From: Anaerolineales bacterium
GTDB lineage: Bacteria > Chloroflexota > Anaerolineae > Anaerolineales > JABWBV01
Assembly (NCBI GenBank): GCA_013359445.1
Contig: JABWBV010000002.1
Coordinates: 1-45,883, forward strand
DNA length: 45,883 nt
Direction: 5' to 3'
Shown: one piece after another, positions 18,098-26,371 of the stretch
Layout: every line of letters starts with the position of its first letter
Position numbering within the stretch: the stretch's first letter is position 1
Notes under the pieces: model-generated
The model's database searches: none
What the model saw: only the letters and a program-made list of their open reading frames with translations
What the model was told of the DNA's origin: nothing
Made by a program: the position numbers and the translations under genes

Positions 18098-18179
18098 GAA
18101 TATGTCTCGTGGACACGGTATTTTACTCAAAAGTTGAAGAATGGCGAATAGGGATATTAAGGTCTCCCTGCCAACCTTT

Positions 18180-18665
18180 TCATCCCTTCTCTAAATACGT
18201 TCGTATCCGCACCACCATCCCCTCCATTTCCTCCTCCGACAAATCCAAAACGCCCCTTTCCACGCTCAGCGCGGCGAGTTGCTGTTCTTTGAAGGGGATA
18301 CCCGGTGGGAGCGGGGCAATGTGCCAGTGAACGTGTCGGTTCCCTTGTTGGCTTCCGAGCGACAAAATGTACACCCGCTCCGGGGCAAATGCCTTTCGTA
18401 CCGCTTCCGCCACCCGGTAAACGGCCTTTTGGAGTTGCAGATATTCTTCCGGGGAAAAATCACCGGTTACTTGCTCTTTGTGCTGGATGGGGGCGACAAG
18501 GGTGTGCCCGTATAGGGTCATCCATTTACTCAAAAAAGCGATGAAATGTTCATCCTGGTAAATGATGTGATTCCCCTCCAACCGCCCGGCAATCATTTCA
18601 CAGATGAAACAGGGGCCGGTTTGAATCCTGTGGATGTAGGCGTCCTCATCGAAATTCTTCGCCAT
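18180..18665 (-). CDS. HIT family nucleotide hydrolase
   Basis: CFIC, GHTLVAP, HVHWHI histidine triad. Confidence 0.9.
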   Translation of the reverse strand: MAKNFDEDAYIHRIQTGPCFICEMIAGRLEGNHIIYQDEHFIAFLSKWMTLYGHTLVAPIQHKEQVTGDFSPEEYLQLQKAVYRVAEAVRKAFAPERVYILSLGSQQGNRHVHWHIAPLPPGIPFKEQQLAALSVERGVLDLSEEEMEGMVVRIRTYLEKG

Positions 18666-19326
18666 AACGGTTCCCTCGGTTTTTAAAAATGGCCGGTTTC
18701 GCGGGGGCGGATGCCAGGGCTGGTTCGCCTTTTAGGGCCAGGAGCAGACGCGCCACCTTTTGGGGGTCGGAGATGTTAAAAAAGCCGATTTGGACGGTTT
18801 CGGTGCGGGTTCTCGAAACCATGTGCTTGCGTCCGGGACGCGTTTCGAGATAGGTAACCCGCTTGCTTCGGCGGTCAAAAATCACATCCCCTTCCGTGTC
18901 ATCCCCTTCCGTGTTGACGAACCGAATCTGGCCGGGGGCGTACGCTTGCACGCCATTGGCGGAAAGACGGTTGAGAATCAACGCGCGCTGATTCGTCACC
19001 GCATAAACGAGATTCTTCGCCTGCAAATAGCGCCAGAGCGGCATGAGGATAATCCCCACCCCGATCAGCATCATCGCGATTAAGACGGTGGAAAAGAGGA
19101 CGTCGAATGAAGTCGGCTTGCCTAAATCGCCGGGCATGATCACGGCACGCGGGGTATTCATGGTGCGGGTGTACATGAAGGCGAGCAGGCCTGTCCAGAT
19201 CACCCCGACGACGGATTCTTTGCGGGCTTTGCGGGCCGCGCTCATCGGGTTGGGAACTCCGATCCATTGCACGGTTTCGTCCGGGTCGAGAACTTTTTGT
19301 ACTTCGTTTGATAACTCACTTTCCAT
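18646..19326 (-). CDS. Hypothetical 2-TM membrane protein (bacterial PH-like C-terminal domain possible)
   Basis: LDPDETVQWIGVP, two TMs, YAVTNQRALI, GDVIF, IGFFNISDPQKV. Confidence 0.75.
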   Translation of the reverse strand: MESELSNEVQKVLDPDETVQWIGVPNPMSAARKARKESVVGVIWTGLLAFMYTRTMNTPRAVIMPGDLGKPTSFDVLFSTVLIAMMLIGVGIILMPLWRYLQAKNLVYAVTNQRALILNRLSANGVQAYAPGQIRFVNTEGDDTEGDVIFDRRSKRVTYLETRPGRKHMVSRTRTETVQIGFFNISDPQKVARLLLALKGEPALASAPAKPAIFKNRGNRYGEEFR

Positions 19327-20158
19327 AAAATGAGGCTTCCTTTTCAATGAGGTTCCACGGTCGTGCTTCGACCGGGGCTTCCAGGTTGAGTAAATTTCGC
19401 AACCCCCTCTGCAATTGTTCTACCGCCCCTGTCGTCAAAAAACGGACCTCGCCCCTCGCTCCTTGCCCCTCGCCGCTTGCCTCCCCCACCATCCTCCCGA
19501 CCTGCCGCGCCACCGCGGGAGATGGATCGATCACCCGCACGTTTGGGCCTGCGATTTCTTGAATCAACGGGATGACGAACGGGTAGTGGGTACAGCCGAG
19601 AACTACGGTGTCAATCCCCTGATTCAACATCGGGTGAAGTGCGTCTTCGAGGATGTGCCGCGCCCCGTTGCCGTGGACCGCGCCCTGTTCGATTTCGTTC
19701 ACCAGGCCGGGGCAAGTGTGTTGCAGGACGTTCACCCCCTGCGCGAACCGTTCCACCACGGACGCGTACAGCTCGCCCTGAAAGGTGACGGGGGTTGCCA
19801 GGACGCCCACCACGCCCGTTTGGGTTTGTTCGGCGGCAGGTTTGACGGCAGGTTCCATCCCCACGAACGGGACCTCGGGGAATTTTTGACGGAGAAAATG
19901 GAGCGCGGCCGCGGACGCGGTGTTGCAGGGGATCACGATCATTTTCGCCCCCTGCGCGAGGAGCCAGCGGGTGATGGTTTCGGAAAGGGCGCGGACTTCT
20001 TCCAGGGTGCGCGCGCCGTAGGGGACGTGGATTTGATCGGCAAAATAAAGAATGTTTTCGTGCGGGAGTTGTTGGCGGATTTCCCGAAGAACGGAGAGAC
20101 CGCCCACGCCAGAGTCGAAGAGGCCGATGGGGGATGATGAATGGAATTGGGATGACAT
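19316..20158 (-). CDS. murI: Glutamate racemase
   Basis: IGLFDSGVGGLSV, CNTAS, VLGCTHYPF catalytic Cys motifs. Confidence 0.96.
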   Translation of the reverse strand: MSSQFHSSSPIGLFDSGVGGLSVLREIRQQLPHENILYFADQIHVPYGARTLEEVRALSETITRWLLAQGAKMIVIPCNTASAAALHFLRQKFPEVPFVGMEPAVKPAAEQTQTGVVGVLATPVTFQGELYASVVERFAQGVNVLQHTCPGLVNEIEQGAVHGNGARHILEDALHPMLNQGIDTVVLGCTHYPFVIPLIQEIAGPNVRVIDPSPAVARQVGRMVGEASGEGQGARGEVRFLTTGAVEQLQRGLRNLLNLEAPVEARPWNLIEKEASFYGK

Positions 20159-20173
20159 AAGGGGTATTTTAAC

Positions 20174-20224
20174 CCGCAAAAAAAGGTTGTGCGGGAGACC
20201 TCCCCGCACAACCTTTTTTTGCGG
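20174..20224. terminator. Strong intrinsic terminator of the carboxylase operon
   Basis: ccgcaaaaaaaggttgtgcggg..cccgcacaacctttttttgcgg. Confidence 0.85.
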
Positions 20225-20236
20225 CAGTTTTATCGT

Positions 20237-20734
20237 TTATTCTACCGTTAAGAGTACCTGTTTCTGCTCCACACTCGTTCCCACGTTGACCCGAATTGCC
20301 CCGACTGTCCCTGCTTTGGGCGATTTTAGCTCGTTTTGCATCTTCATCGATTCCAAAATGACCAGCACCTCCCCCTTTTTCACTTCCTGCCCTTCACTGA
20401 CGGGAATCGCGACGACCAATCCCGGCATGGGGGCTTTGAGATTAAATTCCGCGTGTTCCTTGCCCGACCCAACCGCCGCCGCACGGAGCCGCCGTTCCCG
20501 TTCATCTTCCACCCGCACCTCGTACAGATTCCCGTGCAACATCACTTGCCACTCGTTCTGATTGGGGGACACAAACGCCTCGTACGAATGCCCGTTCACG
20601 ATGAGCGAATAAATGGGCTGTCCACTGACCGACTGATAATCCACCGTCAGTTCTGTGCCATCAATATTAACCCGCCCCTCTTCCATAATTTCGACCTGAT
20701 ATTCACGTTCGTTGATTGTGACGACATATTTCAT
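20237..20734 (-). CDS. Biotin carboxyl carrier subunit
   Basis: KAPMPGLVV, ILESMKMQNE biotinyl-Lys motif. Confidence 0.93.
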   Translation of the reverse strand: MKYVVTINEREYQVEIMEEGRVNIDGTELTVDYQSVSGQPIYSLIVNGHSYEAFVSPNQNEWQVMLHGNLYEVRVEDERERRLRAAAVGSGKEHAEFNLKAPMPGLVVAIPVSEGQEVKKGEVLVILESMKMQNELKSPKAGTVGAIRVNVGTSVEQKQVLLTVE

Positions 20735-20776
20735 TTCGTATATCCTATTTCGTTTAACGTGCTACGCTCTGCGTTC

Positions 20777-22291
20777 CTACCGGTGCATCCGCTCCCAACG
20801 CCCCACCCACTTCCAGTTGCTCGTGTCACGCTCGTTGCGCTGGACGATTTGGGCGGCGGCTTGCGTTTGTTCGTGGGAAACCAGCGCGGCCAGAATCGCG
20901 GCAATTTCGGGGTGATCCACTTTGCCCTCTTCCGCGTCTTCCATCGAAAAACGCTCCTCGACAAACTTGGTATCGAACTGCCCAGCCATAAACCGGTGTT
21001 GGTTCAACAAATGCAGATGAAAGGGGATATTTGTCTTCACACCCAGGATCAGGTACTCTTCCAGGGCGCGGCGCATCCGCAAAATCGCTTGCGCCCGCGT
21101 CTCGCCCCACACGACCAGTTTCGAGATCATCGGATCGTAGTACGGCGAGATTTCAAACCCCGGAAACACGCCCGTGTCCACCCGCACGCCCGGGCCGGTG
21201 GGCACCAGACTCAGGTTGATCTTGCCCGTCGAAGGTAGAAAATTATTGTACGCATCCTCCGCATTGACCCGGCATTCCATCGCCCAGCCGTTCATTTTGA
21301 TGTCTTCCTGCGCGTACCGCAACTGCCGCCCGCGCGCGATGCGGATTTGCTCCTTCACAATGTCAATCCCCGTTACCATTTCCGTAATCGGATGCTCCAC
21401 CTGCAGACGGGTGTTCATTTCCAGGAAATAATAATTGCCGTCCTTGTCCACGATAAATTCAATCGTTCCGGCGTTGGAATAGTTGACTGCCTGCGCGGCC
21501 TTCACGGCCACCGCCCCCATTTGCTGGCGAAATTCTTCATTGTGATAAATGAACGGGGACGGGGCTTCTTCGAGCAGTTTTTGATGTCGCCGCTGGATCG
21601 AACATTCCCGCTCGCCGAGGTGGATCGTATTGCCCTGAGTATCCGCCAAAATTTGAAATTCGATGTGGCGGGCGTTTTCGATCATTCTTTCGAGATAGAC
21701 ATTGCCATCCCCAAACGACGCCTCCGCCTCGCGCCGCGCCGATTGCAGAAGGGCGGGCATTTCTTCCAGATTTCGCACCGCGCGCATCCCCTTCCCCCCG
21801 CCGCCCGCCGTCGCTTTGATCAACAACGGGAAACCGACGCCAGGAGCCAGGCGGAGCAAATCTTCATCCGTCAGCCCATCCGCGTCCATCGTGCCGGGGA
21901 CGACCGGAACGCCCACCGCGGCCACCGTTTTCCGGGCGACCATCTTATCCCCCATCTTCGCAATCGCGTCCGGGCGCGGGCCGATGAATGTGATGCCCTC
22001 ATCCAGGCAGGCTTGCGCGAAATCTTCCCGCTCCGCGAGGAAGCCGTACCCCGGATGAACGGCATCCGCCCCCGCGCGTTTTGCCACCTCGATGATCTTA
22101 TCCACGCGGAGATATGATTCCCGCGCGAGCGGCGGCCCGATCAAATACGCTTCGTCCGCGTACCGAACATGCAACGCCTGCCGGTCCGCCTCGGAAAATA
22201 CCGCTACCGTCTGTAACCCCACTTCCCGGCAGGCGCGAATGATGCGAACGGCGATTTCGCCGCGGTTGGCGATCAAAACTTTATTGAACAT
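20777..22291 (-). CDS. accC: Biotin carboxylase subunit of acyl-CoA carboxylase
   Basis: KVLIANRGEIAVR, HPGYGFLAE, GGGGKGMR, ERECSIQRRHQK, EMNTRLQVEH. Confidence 0.93.
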   Translation of the reverse strand: MFNKVLIANRGEIAVRIIRACREVGLQTVAVFSEADRQALHVRYADEAYLIGPPLARESYLRVDKIIEVAKRAGADAVHPGYGFLAEREDFAQACLDEGITFIGPRPDAIAKMGDKMVARKTVAAVGVPVVPGTMDADGLTDEDLLRLAPGVGFPLLIKATAGGGGKGMRAVRNLEEMPALLQSARREAEASFGDGNVYLERMIENARHIEFQILADTQGNTIHLGERECSIQRRHQKLLEEAPSPFIYHNEEFRQQMGAVAVKAAQAVNYSNAGTIEFIVDKDGNYYFLEMNTRLQVEHPITEMVTGIDIVKEQIRIARGRQLRYAQEDIKMNGWAMECRVNAEDAYNNFLPSTGKINLSLVPTGPGVRVDTGVFPGFEISPYYDPMISKLVVWGETRAQAILRMRRALEEYLILGVKTNIPFHLHLLNQHRFMAGQFDTKFVEERFSMEDAEEGKVDHPEIAAILAALVSHEQTQAAAQIVQRNERDTSNWKWVGRWERMHR

Positions 22292-22324
22292 AGTTTTTAT
22301 ATTACCAAGAGTGTGTAAAGCCCA

Positions 22325-22377
22325 ACGAGTAATCAGTAATGAGTAAATGTTGCTTACTCGTTACTCGTTACGCATTA
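22325..22377. repeat. Inverted 7-mer repeat array in pccB/accC spacer
   Basis: acgagta atcagta atgagta ... ttactcg ttactcg ttacgca. Confidence 0.65.
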
Positions 22378-23928
22378 GAGAGGAATATTCCCATGTTTCT
22401 TCGCCGGATTCATATCTCGCTTATTCGCGAGCATTTCCAGGGCGTTGATCAGGCGGGGGCGGGTGTCGCGGGGTTCGATCACGTCGTCAATGTACCCGCG
22501 CGAGGCGGCGACATAGGGGTTGGCGAACTTTTCGCGGTAATCGGCCACCAGTTCGGCTTTTTTCGCAACCGGGTCTTCAGCTTCTTCCAACTCTTTGCGG
22601 AAGATGATGTTTACCGCTCCATCCGGGCCCATGACGGCGATCTCGGCGGTGGGCCACGCGAGGTTCACGTCGCCCCGGATGTGTTTGCTACTCATCACGC
22701 AGTACGCGCCCCCGTAGGCTTTCCGGGTGATGACGGTCAGTTTGGGTACGGTGGCCTCACAATAGGCGTAGAGCAGTTTCGCCCCGGAGCGGATGATCCC
22801 GCCGTGTTCCTGAATCGTGCCGGGCAAAAAGCCGGGGACATCTTCAAACGTCAGGATGGGGATGTTGAAGGAGTCGCAAAACCGAATGAGTCGGGCGGCT
22901 TTTTCCGAGGCGTTGATGTCCAGCACACCCGCCAGCACCATCGGTTGGTTGGCGATGATGCCGATGCTGTGCCCCCCCAATCGGGCGAACCCGACGACGA
23001 TATTGGCGGCGTAATTTTCGTGAATCTCGTAAAAATCGCCATTGTCTACCACCAGCCGGATCACGTCTTTGATGTCGTAGGGTTTGCCGGGGTCAGCGGG
23101 GACGATGTCGTTGAGGGCGGCGTCGCGGCGGAGGGGGCTGTCTTCGGTTTTGGCGAAGAGGGGGTCTTCCATGTTGTTTTGGGGGAGGTAGGAGAGCAGT
23201 TTCCGCACCATGTACAGGGCGTCGGCGTCCGTTTGGGAAACGACGTGGCACACGCCGGACGTTTCGGAGTGGATGCTGGCCCCGCCCAATTGCTCAAAGG
23301 AGACATCCTCGTGTGTCACGGTTTTGACCACTTCCGGCCCGGTGACGAACATGTAGGAGGAATCTTGCACCATAAAAATGAAGTCGGTCAGGGCGGGGGA
23401 ATAGACCGCGCCGCCTGCACACGGCCCCATGATCACGCTGATTTGCGGGATGACGCCCGAGGCGAGGGTGTTGCGGAGGAAGATGTCGGAATATCCTGCC
23501 AGGGACACGACGCCCTCTTGGATACGTGCCCCGCCGGAGTCGTTTAACCCGATGATGGGCGCCCCGTTTTTCATCGCCATATCCATGATTTTGACGATTT
23601 TTTCGGCATGAACTTCGCCCAAACTGCCGCCCATGACGGTGAAATCTTGGGAAAACACGTAGACCAAGCGCCCGTCAATCGTCCCCCAGCCGGTCACGAC
23701 GCTATCGCTCATATATTTGCGCTGGTCTAGCCCAAAGTCGGTGGTGCGGTGGGTGATGAAACTGTCGATTTCGCGGAAGGAGCCGCGGTCGAGCAGGAGT
23801 TCAATCCGTTCGCGGGCGGTGAGACGGTTGTTTTTGTGTTGGCGGGCGATCCGTTCTGGCCCGCCCCCCAACGCGGATTGGATGCGAAGTTCTTGAAGGT
23901 GCTGAATTTTGGGGTTGATGTCGGTCAT
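22375..23928 (-). CDS. pccB: Acyl-CoA (propionyl/methylmalonyl-CoA) carboxyltransferase beta subunit
   Basis: [57 protein letters not shown]. Confidence 0.9.
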   Translation of the reverse strand: MTDINPKIQHLQELRIQSALGGGPERIARQHKNNRLTARERIELLLDRGSFREIDSFITHRTTDFGLDQRKYMSDSVVTGWGTIDGRLVYVFSQDFTVMGGSLGEVHAEKIVKIMDMAMKNGAPIIGLNDSGGARIQEGVVSLAGYSDIFLRNTLASGVIPQISVIMGPCAGGAVYSPALTDFIFMVQDSSYMFVTGPEVVKTVTHEDVSFEQLGGASIHSETSGVCHVVSQTDADALYMVRKLLSYLPQNNMEDPLFAKTEDSPLRRDAALNDIVPADPGKPYDIKDVIRLVVDNGDFYEIHENYAANIVVGFARLGGHSIGIIANQPMVLAGVLDINASEKAARLIRFCDSFNIPILTFEDVPGFLPGTIQEHGGIIRSGAKLLYAYCEATVPKLTVITRKAYGGAYCVMSSKHIRGDVNLAWPTAEIAVMGPDGAVNIIFRKELEEAEDPVAKKAELVADYREKFANPYVAASRGYIDDVIEPRDTRPRLINALEMLANKRDMNPAKKHGNIPL

Positions 23929-24003
23929 GTACCTCTCCGAAAGGGAATAAAATCTGACTTGAAGATGGACGGGATTTCTATCGATTTTCTGCGACTTTTT
24001 ATG

Positions 24004-24399
24004 TTATCTGCTGAAAAATGCCCTGGCTGGTTTGCGAAATAAAATCCAGGCGGTAAAGATTGTGATGAAAAGACTAATCGCAATGGCAAAGGGCGTGTTC
24101 ACCCTGGCGGTTTGTGATTGCGTCATCCATAGCCGGTCAAACCAAAAAAAGATGAGCAAAGCACTCAGGTAGGCAAAGGTATAGCGCGGACTCCAGGGCG
24201 CTCCCCGCCAGAGGCCCCAAACGGCCAGCAAGCCAGCCAGGCCAACGAGTAATCCTGTCGCGACCAAATAGCCAGGAGAAATGGTGAGCGTGTTCAAAAA
24301 AGCCCAAAGGCGAATGGCCTGGCCTGCGCGGACGAGGCCAGCCAACGCAAGGGTTAAAACACCAATTGTTAAGAGCGTTACGGAATAGGGGCGGGCCAT
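24004..24399 (-). CDS. Hypothetical 4-TM membrane protein
   Basis: MARPYSVTLL start; four hydrophobic segments. Confidence 0.7.
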   Translation of the reverse strand: MARPYSVTLLTIGVLTLALAGLVRAGQAIRLWAFLNTLTISPGYLVATGLLVGLAGLLAVWGLWRGAPWSPRYTFAYLSALLIFFWFDRLWMTQSQTARVNTPFAIAISLFITIFTAWILFRKPARAFFSR

Positions 24400-24449
24400 A
24401 GGAATGGGAAGGGGGATTGGCGATTGAGCGCCGTGCTTTACCGTGTGAA

Positions 24450-24944
24450 TCAAGAATTCATTAGGACTTTTAGTCGTTCGATGGTGCCCCCAGTTTCCTT
24501 TCGTTTGACAAGGGTGCCAATCGCTTTTTCTGCTACGGTTTGGATGAGTTCAACAGGTTGCTTCATCCAGTCTGTTTCATTGACCCAATCCGGGAAGGCG
24601 GTTTCATTCAGCGCCATAGCCCGCCGAATACAGCGATCTACCTCAGCTAAGTCTCGGGGAGATAGTTTTCCGACTTGATGCACGACTAGAGACGCTTCTA
24701 TCGCGGCAATCTTGGGCCGAACAAAAGAAGGCTTGGGTAGCCCTGCTATTTTCCAGTCCGCTAATGAATAGTCTAACAGCGGATTTACTTTCGCCATTTG
24801 CGAGGAGACATAAGCCATTAACAATTCGGAGCGATGGCGATGATAAAGCTCGCCGCTCACGATCACGGCAGGGCGTGTTTTCGTCGCGGTTAAATTCGTA
24901 AAAGGAAAAGGAATCAGGACAATCTCACCCCGTTGAAAGGCCAT
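24450..24944 (-). CDS. PemK/MazF family toxin with C-terminal extension
   Basis: RGEIVLIPFPFTNLTATKTRPAVIVS, AGLPKPSFVR, VGKLS. Confidence 0.88.
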   Translation of the reverse strand: MAFQRGEIVLIPFPFTNLTATKTRPAVIVSGELYHRHRSELLMAYVSSQMAKVNPLLDYSLADWKIAGLPKPSFVRPKIAAIEASLVVHQVGKLSPRDLAEVDRCIRRAMALNETAFPDWVNETDWMKQPVELIQTVAEKAIGTLVKRKETGGTIERLKVLMNS

Positions 24945-25167
24945 AAAGCTCCCTCCAATTATCGTAAATGGCATCTTCCTCGTTATCCCAATCTTTTTCA
25001 AACGCGGCCAGGCTCATTTTCATCCAATCCTGTTCATCTTCCTCATCCGTGAGCAAACTATCGAGTAATAATTTTGCCAGGGTCAAACGTTCCACGGGGG
25101 TAAATTGTGCGGCTGTCCCTAAAATTTTGGTTACACGAGGGGTAACGGATAAATTCATCATCGTCAT
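24925..25167 (-). CDS. Putative antitoxin of the PemK/MazF toxin
   Basis: Small gene overlapping the toxin start; acidic C-terminus AFEKDWDNEEDAIYDNW typical of such pairs. Confidence 0.75.
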   Translation of the reverse strand: MTMMNLSVTPRVTKILGTAAQFTPVERLTLAKLLLDSLLTDEEDEQDWMKMSLAAFEKDWDNEEDAIYDNWRELYGLSTG

Positions 25168-25200
25168 ACTCCGGTCTTAAATCGTTTTTTTCATCTTGTT

Positions 25201-25248
25201 GTAGTGACGACTTCAGTCGTAATGACAAACGACTGAAACCGTCACTAC
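25201..25248. repeat. GTAG-type REP-like palindrome
   Basis: gtagtgacgacttcagtcgt-N8-acgactgaaaccgtcactac (20-bp arms, 2 mismatches). Confidence 0.75.
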
Positions 25249-25285
25249 GATCAAAATCCGTGGCTGAATTTTACTACATCTGTCT

Positions 25286-26317
25286 CTACGGAATCGCGAG
25301 CGTGATTTTACCCAACTGTTCCCCTTTTTCCAACCGTTCGTGTGCGGCGCGGACTTCTTGCATCGGGAAGGTTTTGTCGATCACCGGGCGGAGTTTGCCC
25401 GCAAAAAGGAGCGCGAACACGTCGGCAAAGTCTTTTTTCGTCCCCATTGTGGAGCCGATGATCGAAAGCTGTTTGCCAAAGATGAACCGGTTATCAATCT
25501 CGAACTTTGGCCCACCCGTGTTACCGACGGTGAGAATGCGCCCGCCCTTGCGCGCGGCACGGAAACTGAGCGGGTACGTGGTCCCAACGTTATCCACCAC
25601 CACATCCACCCCCCGCCGGTTTGTGAGTTTGAACATCGTCTTGGACCAATCTTCCTCCTTCGTCCGATCCACCAGGACATCGGCCCCCAACACTTCCGCC
25701 AGCGCGAGTTTTTCCGCCCCCGCGCCGACGACGTACACCGTGGCCCCGACCAGTTTGGCGATTTGAATGCTCGCCGTGTTCACCCCGCCCGACGCGCCGA
25801 CGATCAGCACATTTTCGCCGGGGCGCAGGTTCGCACGCGTGATCAGGGAGTGCCACGCGGTGAGGTACACGAGTGAGGCCCCCGCCGCCGCGTGGTAGTC
25901 GAACCCGTCCGGGAGGGGGAGGACGTTTGCCGCGGGGACGGCAAGCAATTCGGCGTTGGTGCCGCGCACCGTTTCTCCGAGCAGGTGCCACGTTCGGCAG
26001 AGGTTGTCCTGCCCGGCCAGGCAGAAGTCACAGGTGCCACAGCCCAGGTTGGCGTTGATCACGACGCGCTGGCCGATTTCGATTCCGGTCACCCCCTCGC
26101 CCAACGCGGCGATTTCTCCCGCGCCGTCGGAGCCGGGAATATGGGGGTATTGCAGTTTGATGCCGGGCCAGCCGTTGCGCGTCCAGAGGTCCACGCGATT
26201 GAGCGCGGCGGCGTGCAGGCGGACAAGCACTTCGCCCCGCGCGGGTGCGGGATCAGGGAAATCGGCATATTCGAGGACTTCGGGGCCGCCGTGGGTGTGG
26301 TAGAGGATCGCTTTCAT
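25286..26317 (-). CDS. Zinc-binding dehydrogenase (MDR superfamily)
   Basis: HIPGSDGAG, CGTCDFCLAGQDNLC structural Zn site, GASGGV, GKITL. Confidence 0.92.
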   Translation of the reverse strand: MKAILYHTHGGPEVLEYADFPDPAPARGEVLVRLHAAALNRVDLWTRNGWPGIKLQYPHIPGSDGAGEIAALGEGVTGIEIGQRVVINANLGCGTCDFCLAGQDNLCRTWHLLGETVRGTNAELLAVPAANVLPLPDGFDYHAAAGASLVYLTAWHSLITRANLRPGENVLIVGASGGVNTASIQIAKLVGATVYVVGAGAEKLALAEVLGADVLVDRTKEEDWSKTMFKLTNRRGVDVVVDNVGTTYPLSFRAARKGGRILTVGNTGGPKFEIDNRFIFGKQLSIIGSTMGTKKDFADVFALLFAGKLRPVIDKTFPMQEVRAAHERLEKGEQLGKITLAIP

Positions 26318-26371
26318 GGATGACTCCTGGTATGTTGGTTTGCTGATTTACTGGTTTGTTGTTTTTGTCAG

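Noticed and set aside
17951-18130. N-terminal extension of the Hsp70 ORF (and similar extensions at 11714-12019, 13275-13445, 24945-25001, 34909-35034, 38783-39007)
   Set aside because: Better RBS-linked starts coincide with domain starts; the extensions run through repeats, promoters or neighbouring genes.
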